Shown here one piece after another: positions 50,741-62,956 of a DNA stretch of 64,000 nucleotides. Position numbers and translations under genes: made by a program. The first letter of the stretch is position 1; every line of letters begins with the position of its first letter. The stretch lies in contig CAWJWJ010000002.1 of NCBI GenBank assembly GCA_963846575.1, positions 3,410-67,409 on the forward strand, in the 5' to 3' direction. The notes below the pieces were generated by a model. It saw nothing but the letters and a program-made list of their open reading frames with translations, was not told the DNA's origin and made no database searches. The DNA is from an uncultured Nitrospiraceae bacterium. Lineage in GTDB: Bacteria; Nitrospirota; Nitrospiria; Nitrospirales; Nitrospiraceae.

Positions 50741-51274
50741 GGACTCACAATTTAGAATGAAATCTCCCGCATCTGCCTTGAGGGCAAGGCCTAACCCAAT
50801 TCTCATGCCAATGGTAACCTCAACGATGGCTAAGTCGAAGACGAACCGCCGTCGGGTGTCCTTGCCGGCGCAAATCGACCGCAGGGTCGAGCTATGCTCG
50901 CTTTGAGGCTGTACGGAGCATCCATACCGGCGGATTCGTGATCACAAATATGACCGCGGAGTGCAGGAAAGCGCGTCCCCAGAAGCTCCGGTTTACACAA
51001 CAGACGATGATCTGACCGGTCACGGTTTACTCTGGTCCCCCTCGAGTCCCCTACAGAATCAGTGCCTTTGCGCGGGCTTTTACCATCACAGACTTTTTGG
51101 ATACCACGCTAACCACGCGCCGGTTTCCATTGAAGCGATGCGGAGACGCATTGACTATCGCGGCGACGGACAGCCCGGTAAGGCCGGCGATTCGAACAGC
51201 GCGAGTCGTCTGCTGCGGCCTGTTCTATAACGGTTCCGTTGGTTTGAAGGAGGAGAGGTGTGATGCCAGACAAG

Positions 51275-51300
51275 GCTGCGGTCGCCGAAGCGACCGCAGC
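51275..51300 (-). terminator. Stem-loop downstream of ahcY
   Basis: 11-bp perfect stem with a C(UUCG)G loop on the minus strand; weak U-tract. Confidence 0.6.
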
Positions 51301-51371
51301 GGAAACAATCTCAAACAATGGCTCGTTCAACTGTCCCTTGGTGAGGAGATCCCAAGGGAGAAACGAGATGC

Positions 51372-53883
<2,512 letters not shown>

Positions 53884-54001
53884 TGTTCCCCCTGGAATTA
53901 AGTAGTACGAGGATTCGGTGATTGAGTCAGTTGATACGCGACTAAATGTGGAAGATGTTGCGCTCTCAGAACAATTCGGCAACTGCGCGGAAACTGAAGC
54001 A

Positions 54002-54030
54002 ATACTAGCTGACGAGGGGCAATTTGTCCA
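54002..54030 (-). promoter_or_regulatory. sigma70-type promoter of metK
   Basis: TGGACA-N17-TAGTAT on the minus strand. Confidence 0.5.
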
Positions 54031-54077
54031 CCAATCAAAAGGTTTCAATCGATTCATGGAAAGTCGGAGGGGCTTGC

Positions 54078-54107
54078 TTGACAGTGCTTAAAGACGACTT
54101 GTAAGAT
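54078..54107 (+). promoter_or_regulatory. sigma70-type promoter of the cytochrome c maturation operon
   Basis: TTGACA-N18-TAAGAT. Confidence 0.55.
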
Positions 54108-54276
54108 GGCTTACTTTTCGCGCATTTGGCACAGTTATTTGCACGCGTTCTGCCCTGGAAATTCCAACCTAGTGAGTGTCGCCCTGTATTGGCGCAGACT
54201 CCCACCGGTAGCCTGCCATCGTTTATGATGATGGGACTGCATAATAGCAAGCCGGAGTAGATAGGTCTGTTAATTC

Positions 54277-55707
54277 ATGAACGGTAAACCCGACACAGCA
54301 TCTGATTCGACCGTACCCGGCCCCTCCACATCCAGACTCGGCTGGGAGGAGTTTTCCCGCGAGGTGGTGGAGTTTTTTGCCTCCATCAAGCTGGCCATGT
54401 TTCTGTTCATAGCGCTCGCGATGACGGCCACGATAGGCACGGTTATTCAGCAGGGCGAGCGACCTGAAACCTACGTGCAAGAATACGGAGAAGACGCGTA
54501 TCGTTGGTTTGTCCGGTTGGGTTTCATCGATGTTTATCACACCTGGTGGTTCACCAGTTTGCTGGGCCTCCTCTGCGTGAATTCTCTCACCTGCTTTCAT
54601 AAACGGTTTCCGAGCGTGTGGCGGTCGATGCGTCAAGATAAGGTGAGCGTGTCCCTGGCGTTCATCAAGGGCATGAAGCAGCAGACGACCCTCTCGCTGA
54701 CCCAGACCAAGGAAGCGGTTGCGGAGCATTTAGTGAGGCTGTTCGGCGAAAAAGGCTATCGCGTCCTGGCGAAGAGCGATCCCGGCGAGGTCACGGTCTA
54801 TGCCACAAAAGGCATCATGGGCCGGGTCGGCGCGCACGTCGCCCATCTGAGCGCAACTGTGATCGTTCTCGGCGGGCTGTTGGGTAGCTACTATGGTTTC
54901 CAGGAGTTTGGCGTCTGCCTTGAAGGGCAGACCTACCATATCCCACGAGGCAACTTTGATCTGCGTGTGGACAAGTTTTGGATCGATTACCATGAAAACG
55001 GTTCGGTGAAATCTTACAACAGTACGTTAACCGTGCTCGATCAAGGACTTCCCACCGCGACTAAGACCATAACGGTCAACGACCCGTTGGTTTATAAGGG
55101 AATCTGGTTTTACCAGTCCAGTTATGGGGATGCCTGGGACCAGATCGAGGCGGCACGGATCAATATCAAGGAGAAGAATAGCGACAAAATCGTCGCTACG
55201 GTTGATCTGGAGTGGAACAAGGAAAAGGCGGTTGATGGGCTTCCGCTCAAAGTAAAGATGACGGATTTCGTCGCGGATTTTGCATTCAATTCAACTGAGA
55301 AGAAAGTGTTTTCGAAGACAGCCGAGCACGCTAACCCGGCGATCCGTTTGGCGGTGGACGAACGAAGTATCGTGCAGTCCACCCCCTGGGTGTTCTATCA
55401 TTATCCTGATCTGTTCGAGATTAAAGATTCCGCATACCAATTCGAATTTGTTGGCTATCAACCCAAGAAATTCACCGGTCTGCAAATCGCGAGAAATCCA
55501 GGCATCAATATGGTGTGGATCGGGTGTACGATGCTGGTGGTGGGAATGACCTTGTCATCGCTCATTTATCATAGGCGGCTATGGGCGAAGATCATACCAG
55601 GCGAGTCCGGTGTCACTGTCCATCTGGGCGGGACGACGCACAAGAGTCAGATCGACTTCCAAAAGGAATTCAAAAAACTCACGGAAAAGGTCCAGTCCCA
55701 GACCTGA
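54277..55707 (+). CDS. resB: Cytochrome c biogenesis protein ResB/Ccs1 (System II)
   Basis: FASIKLA...IGTVIQQ, DVYHTWWF, TM His in HVAHLS, VNDPL.YKG..FYQSSY, RNPG. Confidence 0.9.
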   Translation: MNGKPDTASDSTVPGPSTSRLGWEEFSREVVEFFASIKLAMFLFIALAMTATIGTVIQQGERPETYVQEYGEDAYRWFVRLGFIDVYHTWWFTSLLGLLCVNSLTCFHKRFPSVWRSMRQDKVSVSLAFIKGMKQQTTLSLTQTKEAVAEHLVRLFGEKGYRVLAKSDPGEVTVYATKGIMGRVGAHVAHLSATVIVLGGLLGSYYGFQEFGVCLEGQTYHIPRGNFDLRVDKFWIDYHENGSVKSYNSTLTVLDQGLPTATKTITVNDPLVYKGIWFYQSSYGDAWDQIEAARINIKEKNSDKIVATVDLEWNKEKAVDGLPLKVKMTDFVADFAFNSTEKKVFSKTAEHANPAIRLAVDERSIVQSTPWVFYHYPDLFEIKDSAYQFEFVGYQPKKFTGLQIARNPGINMVWIGCTMLVVGMTLSSLIYHRRLWAKIIPGESGVTVHLGGTTHKSQIDFQKEFKKLTEKVQSQT

Positions 55708-55784
55708 TACCGAACCGCTATGCAGCGTGGCTGTGAGAAGAGTGGAAACCGGTCCGCTGCAATCTACGATAGACGGAGGCCTGT

Positions 55785-56699
55785 ATGATGCGATCACTGT
55801 TTCTTTTTGATATGACCTTCTGGCTGTACCTGGCTGCGTTGGGTTTGTATGTGGCGTATCTGTTTGCGAAACGTCCCGCCATGCAGTTGGCTCCGGCCGG
55901 GCACCCGATCGAAGACATAGAAGCGCGTGATGGCACCTGGGCTACCCAGTTGGGGCAAGTGGCTACATTGGTTACGGTGTTCGGGTGGGTGCTGAATACG
56001 CTGGCCTTGACGACGCGGGCGTTTGAGCGGATGGAACATTCCGGTACCTTCGCCCCCTGGTCGAATCAATTCGAAGCCATGGCCTACGTGTCCTGGGCGA
56101 TCATCCTGGGCTACGTACTCTTGGAGTTCAGATACCGGATCAAGGCAGTCGGAGCGTTCGTCGTCGGGATAGGATTCATCGCGATGGGCGCGGCATCGCT
56201 TCTGCCCTATCGATATCAAACTGCCGAGCCGTTGGTGCCGGCGCTCAATAGTTATTGGATTTACATCCATGTGTCAGTCACCTTGACGAGTTACGCTGCG
56301 TTTGCCATGGCAGGGGGACTGGGGGTGATGTATTTGTTCAAGGAGCGGGCCGTCAATCGTGGAAGTCAGTCACGCTTTTTCGCTGCTTTTCCGGATCTCG
56401 AAACGATTGATGAACTTGGATACAAGGCGATTATGCTCGGCTTCCCCCTCTTGGCATTCGGCATCATTCTAGGGGCGATGTGGGCTAACTATGCGTGGGG
56501 TGGTTACTGGAGCTGGGATCCTAAGGAAACCTGGTCGTTAATTGTGTGGCTCATTTACGGGGCCTATATCCATGCCCGCATGACGCGAGGATGGGAGGGG
56601 CATAAGGCTGCTATCTATGCGATCTTCGGATTTCTCATGGTTGTGTTTTGTTTCTGGGGAGTGAATTTTCTGCTCTCCGGCTTGCATGCATATGCCTAA
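55785..56699 (+). CDS. ccsA: Cytochrome c synthase CcsA/ResC
   Basis: WWD domain GAMWANYAWGGYWSWDPKETW; conserved His in YIHV, YIHAR, GLHAY. Confidence 0.95.
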   Translation: MMRSLFLFDMTFWLYLAALGLYVAYLFAKRPAMQLAPAGHPIEDIEARDGTWATQLGQVATLVTVFGWVLNTLALTTRAFERMEHSGTFAPWSNQFEAMAYVSWAIILGYVLLEFRYRIKAVGAFVVGIGFIAMGAASLLPYRYQTAEPLVPALNSYWIYIHVSVTLTSYAAFAMAGGLGVMYLFKERAVNRGSQSRFFAAFPDLETIDELGYKAIMLGFPLLAFGIILGAMWANYAWGGYWSWDPKETWSLIVWLIYGAYIHARMTRGWEGHKAAIYAIFGFLMVVFCFWGVNFLLSGLHAYA

Positions 56700-56702
56700 G
56701 CG

Positions 56703-57326
56703 ATGGCTGATCAATTGAGCCAAAGTTCCGCCGGAGCCGTGCAGCAGTCTGGGCCATCCCGGACTGTGGTGGTGCTTGCCGCCGCCGCCATCCTTGCAGT
56801 GATGTTTTTGGTCGTCTGGCTGCAGAGTTCCAAGTATGAGCCCCTGCTGGTGGGGAAGGTGGCGCCTGACTTCCAACTACCCGACTTGGACGACAAGCAG
56901 CTGCGGCTTTCCGACTACCGTGGGAAGGTGGTTTTTCTGAACTTTTGGGCGACCTGGTGTAAGCCTTGCCGGGAGGAAATGCCTTCAATGGAAGTCTTGT
57001 ACAAGAACTTTGAAAAGGACGGGCTGGTGATCCTCGCGGTCAGCATTGATCGCGTCACCACGAAGAAGGATATTCCGCCCTTTGTCAAAGGACTCAATCT
57101 CACGTTTCCCGTCTTAGTGGATTCATGGGGACAGACCGACAAGAGGTACAAGCTGATGGGGGTCCCAGAAACCTACATCATCGACCAGCAGGGTGTCCTG
57201 CGGGAAAAAGTCATCGGGCCTCGTGATTGGACACGGTTAGACAATCTCAAGGTGCTGACTCAACTTCTCAAGACCGGAGAGAAGGCTGCCCGAGCGTCCT
57301 CGGTTCTGGAAGCGCCAGCGTTGTAG
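56703..57326 (+). CDS. resA: ResA/TlpA-family thioredoxin, membrane anchored
   Basis: APDF.LPDL, LNFWATWCKPC..EMP; N-terminal TM helix. Confidence 0.88.
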   Translation: MADQLSQSSAGAVQQSGPSRTVVVLAAAAILAVMFLVVWLQSSKYEPLLVGKVAPDFQLPDLDDKQLRLSDYRGKVVFLNFWATWCKPCREEMPSMEVLYKNFEKDGLVILAVSIDRVTTKKDIPPFVKGLNLTFPVLVDSWGQTDKRYKLMGVPETYIIDQQGVLREKVIGPRDWTRLDNLKVLTQLLKTGEKAARASSVLEAPAL

Positions 57327-57335
57327 GCGGACACC

Positions 57336-57890
57336 ATGAATTACTGGATTTTATATGGGATGATCGGTGTCGTGGTGGCGAACGGACTCGTGACGGCCGA
57401 CGCGCGCGCCGCTTCCCCGCCGGCTGGGGGACCGCTCGTCATAGTCGATCGCGCTCCTCAGATCGATGAAGAGGCGCCGAACTTTCTCCTGAAAGACTCG
57501 CAAGGGTTCAATGTCACGCTGGATCAATTTCGAGGGAAAGTCGTTTTGCTGAACTTTTGGGCAACCTGGTGCGGGCCCTGCAAGGTTGAGATGCCGGCCA
57601 TGGAACGGCTCTACCGGTCCTTCAGTCGGGCAGAATTTGAGATCCTGGCCGTCTCGACTGATGCTCAGGGAGCTGCCGTCACCCGTCCCTTTCAACAGGA
57701 GGCAGGCTTCACCTTTCCCGTATTGCATGATGCCGACTTCCGGATTGGTCTCCGGTACGGGGCACGCCAGCTTCCGATGACATTTCTCATCGATCGAAAC
57801 GGGATTATTCGCAACCGTATTCCCGGGGCCCGTGATTGGAACACGCCTGCGGGGAAGCGGTTGGTGGAATCGTTGCTTCAGGGGTCGTGA
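57336..57890 (+). CDS. Second TlpA/ResA-family thioredoxin
   Basis: LNFWATWCGPC..EMP; signal-peptide-like N-terminus. Confidence 0.9.
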   Translation: MNYWILYGMIGVVVANGLVTADARAASPPAGGPLVIVDRAPQIDEEAPNFLLKDSQGFNVTLDQFRGKVVLLNFWATWCGPCKVEMPAMERLYRSFSRAEFEILAVSTDAQGAAVTRPFQQEAGFTFPVLHDADFRIGLRYGARQLPMTFLIDRNGIIRNRIPGARDWNTPAGKRLVESLLQGS

Positions 57891-57892
57891 GC

Positions 57893-58639
57893 ATGACGGA
57901 CTCCGTCCAGTCGATTTCGTTGATTGCCGCTTTTTCCGCCGGACTGCTGTCCTTTGTCTCGCCTTGTGTGCTTCCGCTGGTTCCATCGTACATTTCGTAC
58001 ATCACGGGCCTCTCAATCGAACAGCTGACCGATGTGTCCGAAAGAAGTCGGTTCCGGAAAGCGATCGTTGTGAACTCGCTGTTGTTTATCGCCGGGTTCT
58101 CTACGGTGTTCGTGGCGTTCGGAGCTTCGGCCAGCTTTCTGGGACAGATGCTGATCACCTATCAAGAGCACTTGCGGCGGTTCGGGGGGATCGTGGTCAT
58201 TTTGTTCGGCCTCTACCTGCTCGGGATCTTGAATTTGAATTTTCTTAAAATGGAGCATCGCTACCAATTTCGGAGCCGGCCTGCTGGCTTGCTTGGATCT
58301 TTTTTAATCGGCATCGCGTTTGCGGCTGGCTGGACTCCCTGCGTGGGGCCGGTACTGGGAACCATCCTGCTGTACGCAAGTACGACCGAATCGATGTTCA
58401 GCGGTGTGGTGTTGCTCACGTTTTACTCGATGGGTTTGGCATTGCCCCTGTTCTTGACGGCCCTGGGTGTCGATCGGTTTCTTAGCTATTTTAAGGAAGT
58501 GCGGGCATATCTCTGGGGCGTCTCCACTGTCAGCGGGGTGCTACTCATCGTGGTGGGCGTGATGATTTACGGGAATTCGCTCACGATGATTACGAGTTTT
58601 CTGGAACGGTATGGGATTGGTTGGTATCTCGGGCAGTAA
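57893..58639 (+). CDS. ccdA: Cytochrome c biogenesis protein CcdA (DsbD-like TM domain)
   Basis: SFVSPCVLPLVP and GWTPCVGP Cys motifs. Confidence 0.93.
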   Translation: MTDSVQSISLIAAFSAGLLSFVSPCVLPLVPSYISYITGLSIEQLTDVSERSRFRKAIVVNSLLFIAGFSTVFVAFGASASFLGQMLITYQEHLRRFGGIVVILFGLYLLGILNLNFLKMEHRYQFRSRPAGLLGSFLIGIAFAAGWTPCVGPVLGTILLYASTTESMFSGVVLLTFYSMGLALPLFLTALGVDRFLSYFKEVRAYLWGVSTVSGVLLIVVGVMIYGNSLTMITSFLERYGIGWYLGQ

Positions 58640-58754
58640 CTCGGATGGTGGGCTCCTCCCTCGCTAATTCTCCTCCGCATGTGCGAACTGTGTGACCGCT
58701 TCAGGTTCCAAAGCCACGGACTCAGGGCGTACCCGTCACGATCGGTCGTGGTGC

Positions 58755-59963
58755 ATGGCTGAGAGGCACGACGCCGGGATCTATGATGTCGCGATAGTCG
58801 GTTTGGGACCGGCTGGTGCATCCGCGGCGACGGTACTGAGCCGAGGCGGTCTGGCCGTACTGGGGTTCGACAAAGCCGTACACCCTCGAGACAAGATCTG
58901 CGGTGGCGGCTTGTCGGCACGCATCGCCCAGCTACTAGACCCCCAATTTCAATCGGTGGTCGAGCGTACGGTCCATGGGGTCCGGTTCGTGTATCGGGGA
59001 CAAGACCCGCTACTGATTGAATCGCCGCGACCGATTGCCTATATGGTCATGCGGAATCGCTTCGACCATTATTTACTTGAGGAAGCCTGTCGTGCCGGGA
59101 CCCAGGTTCGGAATGGGGAAGGAGTGATTGCTCTCCGCCAGGAGTCCGACATGGTAGAGATTACCACGGCTCAGGGTCGATATCGGGCAAGGATGGTAAT
59201 CGGAGCAGACGGAGCCAATAGTACAGTGGCACGGCACCTGTTTCCACATCGCGCCCTCACTCTTGCTCCGGCCCTGGAAAGCGAGGTGCCCATTGAGGAT
59301 GGCCGTCATTATCCCGGCCCCTCGACCATTCTGGTTGACGTTGGGGCGGCTCGGCAAGGGTATGGATGGATTTTCCCTAAAGAAGGCTGCCTGTCCGTGG
59401 GGATCGGAGAATTTCGAGGCAAGTCGACGAGTTTGCGTAAGACTTTCGACCGATTCATTCAGGGAGAACCCGGCCTCGTCGAACGGACGGTGCCACGTCC
59501 GATGGGTCATCCCATCCCAGCGTTTTCGAATCGCGGCCCGGAGCGGGGACCGCGCGCGTTGTCACACTTTGTCAGCGGCCGGGCGTTACTGGTCGGGGAT
59601 GCAGGCCATTTAGTCGACCCATTGTTCGGTGAGGGGATTTATTACGCGGTGCGTTCTGGGCAACTGGCTGCCCGGTCTATCCTGTCGAACGGCTGCGACT
59701 ACCGTCTGTCGACGGCAGCGTATGAGGCGGGGTTGGATCAGGATATTCTGCCCGACTTCCGGATCACAGCTCGCGTCGCCAGCGTGGTCTACGGATTTCC
59801 CAGACTTGCGTTCAAACTCCTCAGACGCTACGAGGATGTCGTCCAGGCCTATTATGAAGTGTTGCAGGGACGTATCTCTGCTCAACAGTTTTTGAGCAAT
59901 GCAAAAAAACGTCTGAAGGGATCGGTCAGCGACCTGCTGCTTGAAGCCTTACACTTGCGGTAG
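58755..59963 (+). CDS. Geranylgeranyl-reductase-family FAD oxidoreductase
   Basis: VGLGPAG, PRDKICGGG, GADGANS, GYGWIFP, VGDAGH.VDP..GEGI. Confidence 0.88.
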   Translation: MAERHDAGIYDVAIVGLGPAGASAATVLSRGGLAVLGFDKAVHPRDKICGGGLSARIAQLLDPQFQSVVERTVHGVRFVYRGQDPLLIESPRPIAYMVMRNRFDHYLLEEACRAGTQVRNGEGVIALRQESDMVEITTAQGRYRARMVIGADGANSTVARHLFPHRALTLAPALESEVPIEDGRHYPGPSTILVDVGAARQGYGWIFPKEGCLSVGIGEFRGKSTSLRKTFDRFIQGEPGLVERTVPRPMGHPIPAFSNRGPERGPRALSHFVSGRALLVGDAGHLVDPLFGEGIYYAVRSGQLAARSILSNGCDYRLSTAAYEAGLDQDILPDFRITARVASVVYGFPRLAFKLLRRYEDVVQAYYEVLQGRISAQQFLSNAKKRLKGSVSDLLLEALHLR

Positions 59964-59990
59964 GTCGGTTGAACCGGGAAGAGCGCAGGG

Positions 59991-60911
59991 TCAGCACCAG
60001 GCTCCGAGGCGGCAGGCGACGAATGGTTGTCGCAACGACAGGCCGGCCGTGTCAGGTTGTGGTTGCTCGGTCGATGCCCTGATGGAAGGGAGGCTCGATG
60101 ACGAAGCGGAGGCAGCAAAGACTTGAGTGGCCAATGGGGAATCGGCAGTGCGTGTGCCGGCGTCAGCTACGACGGCTGGAGGAGATGAAGAGGGCTTTTT
60201 ATCCAGTTTAGCCAATAACCGGCGACCGTCTCCAGAAAATTGACTATTCGGATATTTCTCTGTCAGGAGCTGGAGTTTTTCCACCGCCCAATCGTTGGCT
60301 CCGAGTTCCTGGTAGGTCAAGGCCAGATAGTACAGCGCTTCCGGTGCCACTTGTTTATCCGCATAGTCCTTCATGATCTGGTCAAAACGATGGGCCGCTG
60401 CAAGGTAGGAGGCTCGACGATAGTAGAACTGCCCCACGAATAGGTGGGTTTTGGCCAACCAATCGTGGCAGTCATCTAACCGTTGAAGGGCCTGGCCTTC
60501 ATACTTGCTGCCCGGGAAGTCTTTCCGCAGTTTCTCGAAGGCGGCAATAGCCTTTTGAATGGGTTCCGGGTCGCGATCGATTGACTTGGCCATTCGCAGG
60601 TGGCTTTCCGCCATCCGGAACTGCGCGTAGACGGCCAACTGATGCGCGCGATGCAGTTCAAGAAAATGCTGATATTCGACGATGGCCTCGGCATACTCCT
60701 CTTTGTCAAAAAAAGCCTCGCCGCGTTTCATGATCACATTCGGGTCATAGTTCTTTTCGATAGTGTCGCCGAGGAATATTTGCTCATCGGTACCGCTCAC
60801 GGGCTTGCCCGAGGCAGTGCTTTTCGGCTTGCTTGAACAGCCGGCTGCCAAGAAGGACAGTGCGACAATTACAGCGAGGCCATTACACAGTCCCTTCGAA
60901 CGCAAAGGCAT
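59991..60911 (-). CDS. bamD: Outer membrane assembly lipoprotein BamD
   Basis: Lipobox LAAGC; TPR repeats; FYYRR..Y.AA..RF; PEALY. Confidence 0.88.
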   Translation of the reverse strand: MPLRSKGLCNGLAVIVALSFLAAGCSSKPKSTASGKPVSGTDEQIFLGDTIEKNYDPNVIMKRGEAFFDKEEYAEAIVEYQHFLELHRAHQLAVYAQFRMAESHLRMAKSIDRDPEPIQKAIAAFEKLRKDFPGSKYEGQALQRLDDCHDWLAKTHLFVGQFYYRRASYLAAAHRFDQIMKDYADKQVAPEALYYLALTYQELGANDWAVEKLQLLTEKYPNSQFSGDGRRLLAKLDKKPSSSPPAVVADAGTRTADSPLATQVFAASASSSSLPSIRASTEQPQPDTAGLSLRQPFVACRLGAWC

Positions 60912-61148
60912 TCAACGACTCCTCAAGATCATATCGGGTGGAGGGGTAAGAGGTCGCGCGACCGGAATTTTTTTAGCAGATCAAGAGGTAAAAAGCAATG
61001 AAATCAACATCTCCCTCGCGCTCGTGAGTCGACGAGTGTGGGCTTCGACAGCTGACCGCCTGGTTCAGGTCGTTGTCATCTGAGTTCTTGCTTGTCCATT
61101 TGCTATGGCCCACTTTGGGGCGAACCGTCTCGAAGTGAGGGCTGGTGG

Positions 61149-61177
61149 TTGACCCTCTGGGGCGCGGGTCCTATAAT
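61149..61177 (+). promoter_or_regulatory. Near-consensus sigma70 promoter
   Basis: TTGACC-N17-TATAAT. Confidence 0.75.
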
Positions 61178-61249
61178 CGCGCCGCGGCTCATGATGCAGG
61201 GCAGCGTGTCATAGTCCGCGAACTTCAACGAGACTCCAGCAGGGACCTT

Positions 61250-62242
61250 GTGATCCGCAGTCGTATCGTCGGAACTGGTTCGTTTGTCCCCACTCGGACT
61301 GTCGACAACGAGGAGGTGGCAGCGCCTCTTGGGCTGAAGCCCCTTGAGATCGAGGTACTGACCGGCATACGCACAAGGCATTGGGCGGAGCCGGGGCAAG
61401 CCTCCTCAGACCTCGCAGCGCTGGCAGGGCAACGGGCCTGCGCCGCGGCGGGCCTGGGTCCTGAGGCGATTGAAGCGATTGTAGTTTCGACGACCTCTCC
61501 AGACAGTGCCTTTCCTTCCACCGCCTGTCATGTTCAGCGAGCTCTGGGGGCTAAGCCGGTCATGGCTTTCGACTTATCTGCCTCCTGTTCCGGGTTTCTG
61601 TATGCGCTGTCGATGGCCGACGTTATGATCCGCAGCAAACAGATCCGCTCGTGTTTGGTCATCGCGGCAGAGATCAAGTCGCGATCCCTCAATCTTCAGG
61701 ACAAGGAAACAGCTATCCTGTTCGGCGACGGAGCGGGAGCCGTGGTGGTGGTCGGCGAGGAGAGTGTGACGTCGGATGCGCCGGGCATAGTGGGTGTGCG
61801 TCTGTACGCCGAAGGCTCGGGGCACGGCCTCATCACGATTCCGGCGGGGGGGTCACGCACGCCCAGCAGCGCAGCGGTGATTGCCGCGCAAGGACATACC
61901 TTAAAGATGCGAGGCGCCCCAGTCTTCCGAACCGCAGTGCGGCGACTGGAGCAGGCCATCGTCAACTTGTTGAAAGAGTTAGGTCTGACCGCGGGGGATG
62001 TAGCTCACGTGATCGCACATCAAGCGAATGCCAGGATTCTCGAGCAGCTGCGCCGCCGTCTGGGGCTCTCCCACGACGTGTTGTACTCGGTCATAGAATG
62101 TTATGGAAACACCTCATCGGCTTCGCTGCCCATCGCCTTGGACCATGCCGTAAGGTCCCAACGCGTCACACCGGGGGAGCTTCTCCTGCTGGGCGCGTTC
62201 GGCGGCGGTCTAACCTATGGCGCAGCTCTGGTGCGCTGGTAA
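61250..62242 (+). CDS. fabH: Second 3-oxoacyl-ACP synthase III-like protein
   Basis: ASCSGF, AHQAN, YGNTSSAS, FGDGAGA; GTG 61250 with AGGGA upstream. Confidence 0.88.
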   Translation: MIRSRIVGTGSFVPTRTVDNEEVAAPLGLKPLEIEVLTGIRTRHWAEPGQASSDLAALAGQRACAAAGLGPEAIEAIVVSTTSPDSAFPSTACHVQRALGAKPVMAFDLSASCSGFLYALSMADVMIRSKQIRSCLVIAAEIKSRSLNLQDKETAILFGDGAGAVVVVGEESVTSDAPGIVGVRLYAEGSGHGLITIPAGGSRTPSSAAVIAAQGHTLKMRGAPVFRTAVRRLEQAIVNLLKELGLTAGDVAHVIAHQANARILEQLRRRLGLSHDVLYSVIECYGNTSSASLPIALDHAVRSQRVTPGELLLLGAFGGGLTYGAALVRW

Positions 62243-62274
62243 TCTCTCTCGGCTAGAAAGGACGCAGGAACGTT

Positions 62275-62892
62275 ATGTTCGGTCTCATTCCTCGGGAAGA
62301 AGCCTTTTTCGACTTGTTCAAGAACGCGGCGCACAACATGATCGAGGGGAGTCGTCTTCTGAAGGACATGATGGAAGACTTCCGGAATCCGACTGAGAAG
62401 GCCAAGCGCATCAAGGATGTCGAGCATATCGGCGACGGGATTACCCATGAGATCGCGCGGAAACTCAACCTGACGTTTATCACCCCGATCGATCGGGAGG
62501 ACATCCATGATCTTGCGAGTGCGCTGGACGATATTTTGGATGTGGTCGAGGCGATCGCGGATCGGTTCATTCTCTACAAGGTAGCCGCACCTTCCGAGCC
62601 AGCAATTCGGCTGGCGAACGTGCTGTACCAGGCGTCGGTGGAAGTGGGCGCGACGGTAGATCTCCTCGGCAAGTCACATCCCGCGGTTATTGAATGCAGT
62701 GTCAGGGTCAATAGCCTGGAAAATGAAGCGGATCGGATCTCCCGCGACGCCATCTCGCTGTTGTTCGAAAAAGAAACGGATCCTATTGCGGTTATCAAGT
62801 GGAAAGAGATCTACGAGAATTTTGAAGCGGGAACCGATCGGTGTGAAGACGTCGCCAATATCCTTGAGCGCATCGCTCTCAAGCATACCTGA
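62275..62892 (+). CDS. DUF47/PhoU-like phosphate transport accessory protein
   Basis: EH.GD, TFITPIDREDI, LENEAD, KWKEIYE..E..TDRCED. Confidence 0.92.
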   Translation: MFGLIPREEAFFDLFKNAAHNMIEGSRLLKDMMEDFRNPTEKAKRIKDVEHIGDGITHEIARKLNLTFITPIDREDIHDLASALDDILDVVEAIADRFILYKVAAPSEPAIRLANVLYQASVEVGATVDLLGKSHPAVIECSVRVNSLENEADRISRDAISLLFEKETDPIAVIKWKEIYENFEAGTDRCEDVANILERIALKHT

Positions 62893-62956
62893 GCGCCTTC
62901 CTCGTCTCGTTCGACATGCAATCCCGTCCATCGTTACAGGGTAGGAGCCGGTACTC

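Noticed and set aside
54127-54143. TGGCAC...TTGCA resembling a sigma54 promoter before resB
   Set aside because: 11 nt separate GG and GC instead of the strict 10, and a good sigma70 promoter lies just upstream
60952-60963. Palindrome GGTCGCGCGACC upstream of bamD
   Set aside because: Single GC-rich 12-mer with no second copy or supporting context
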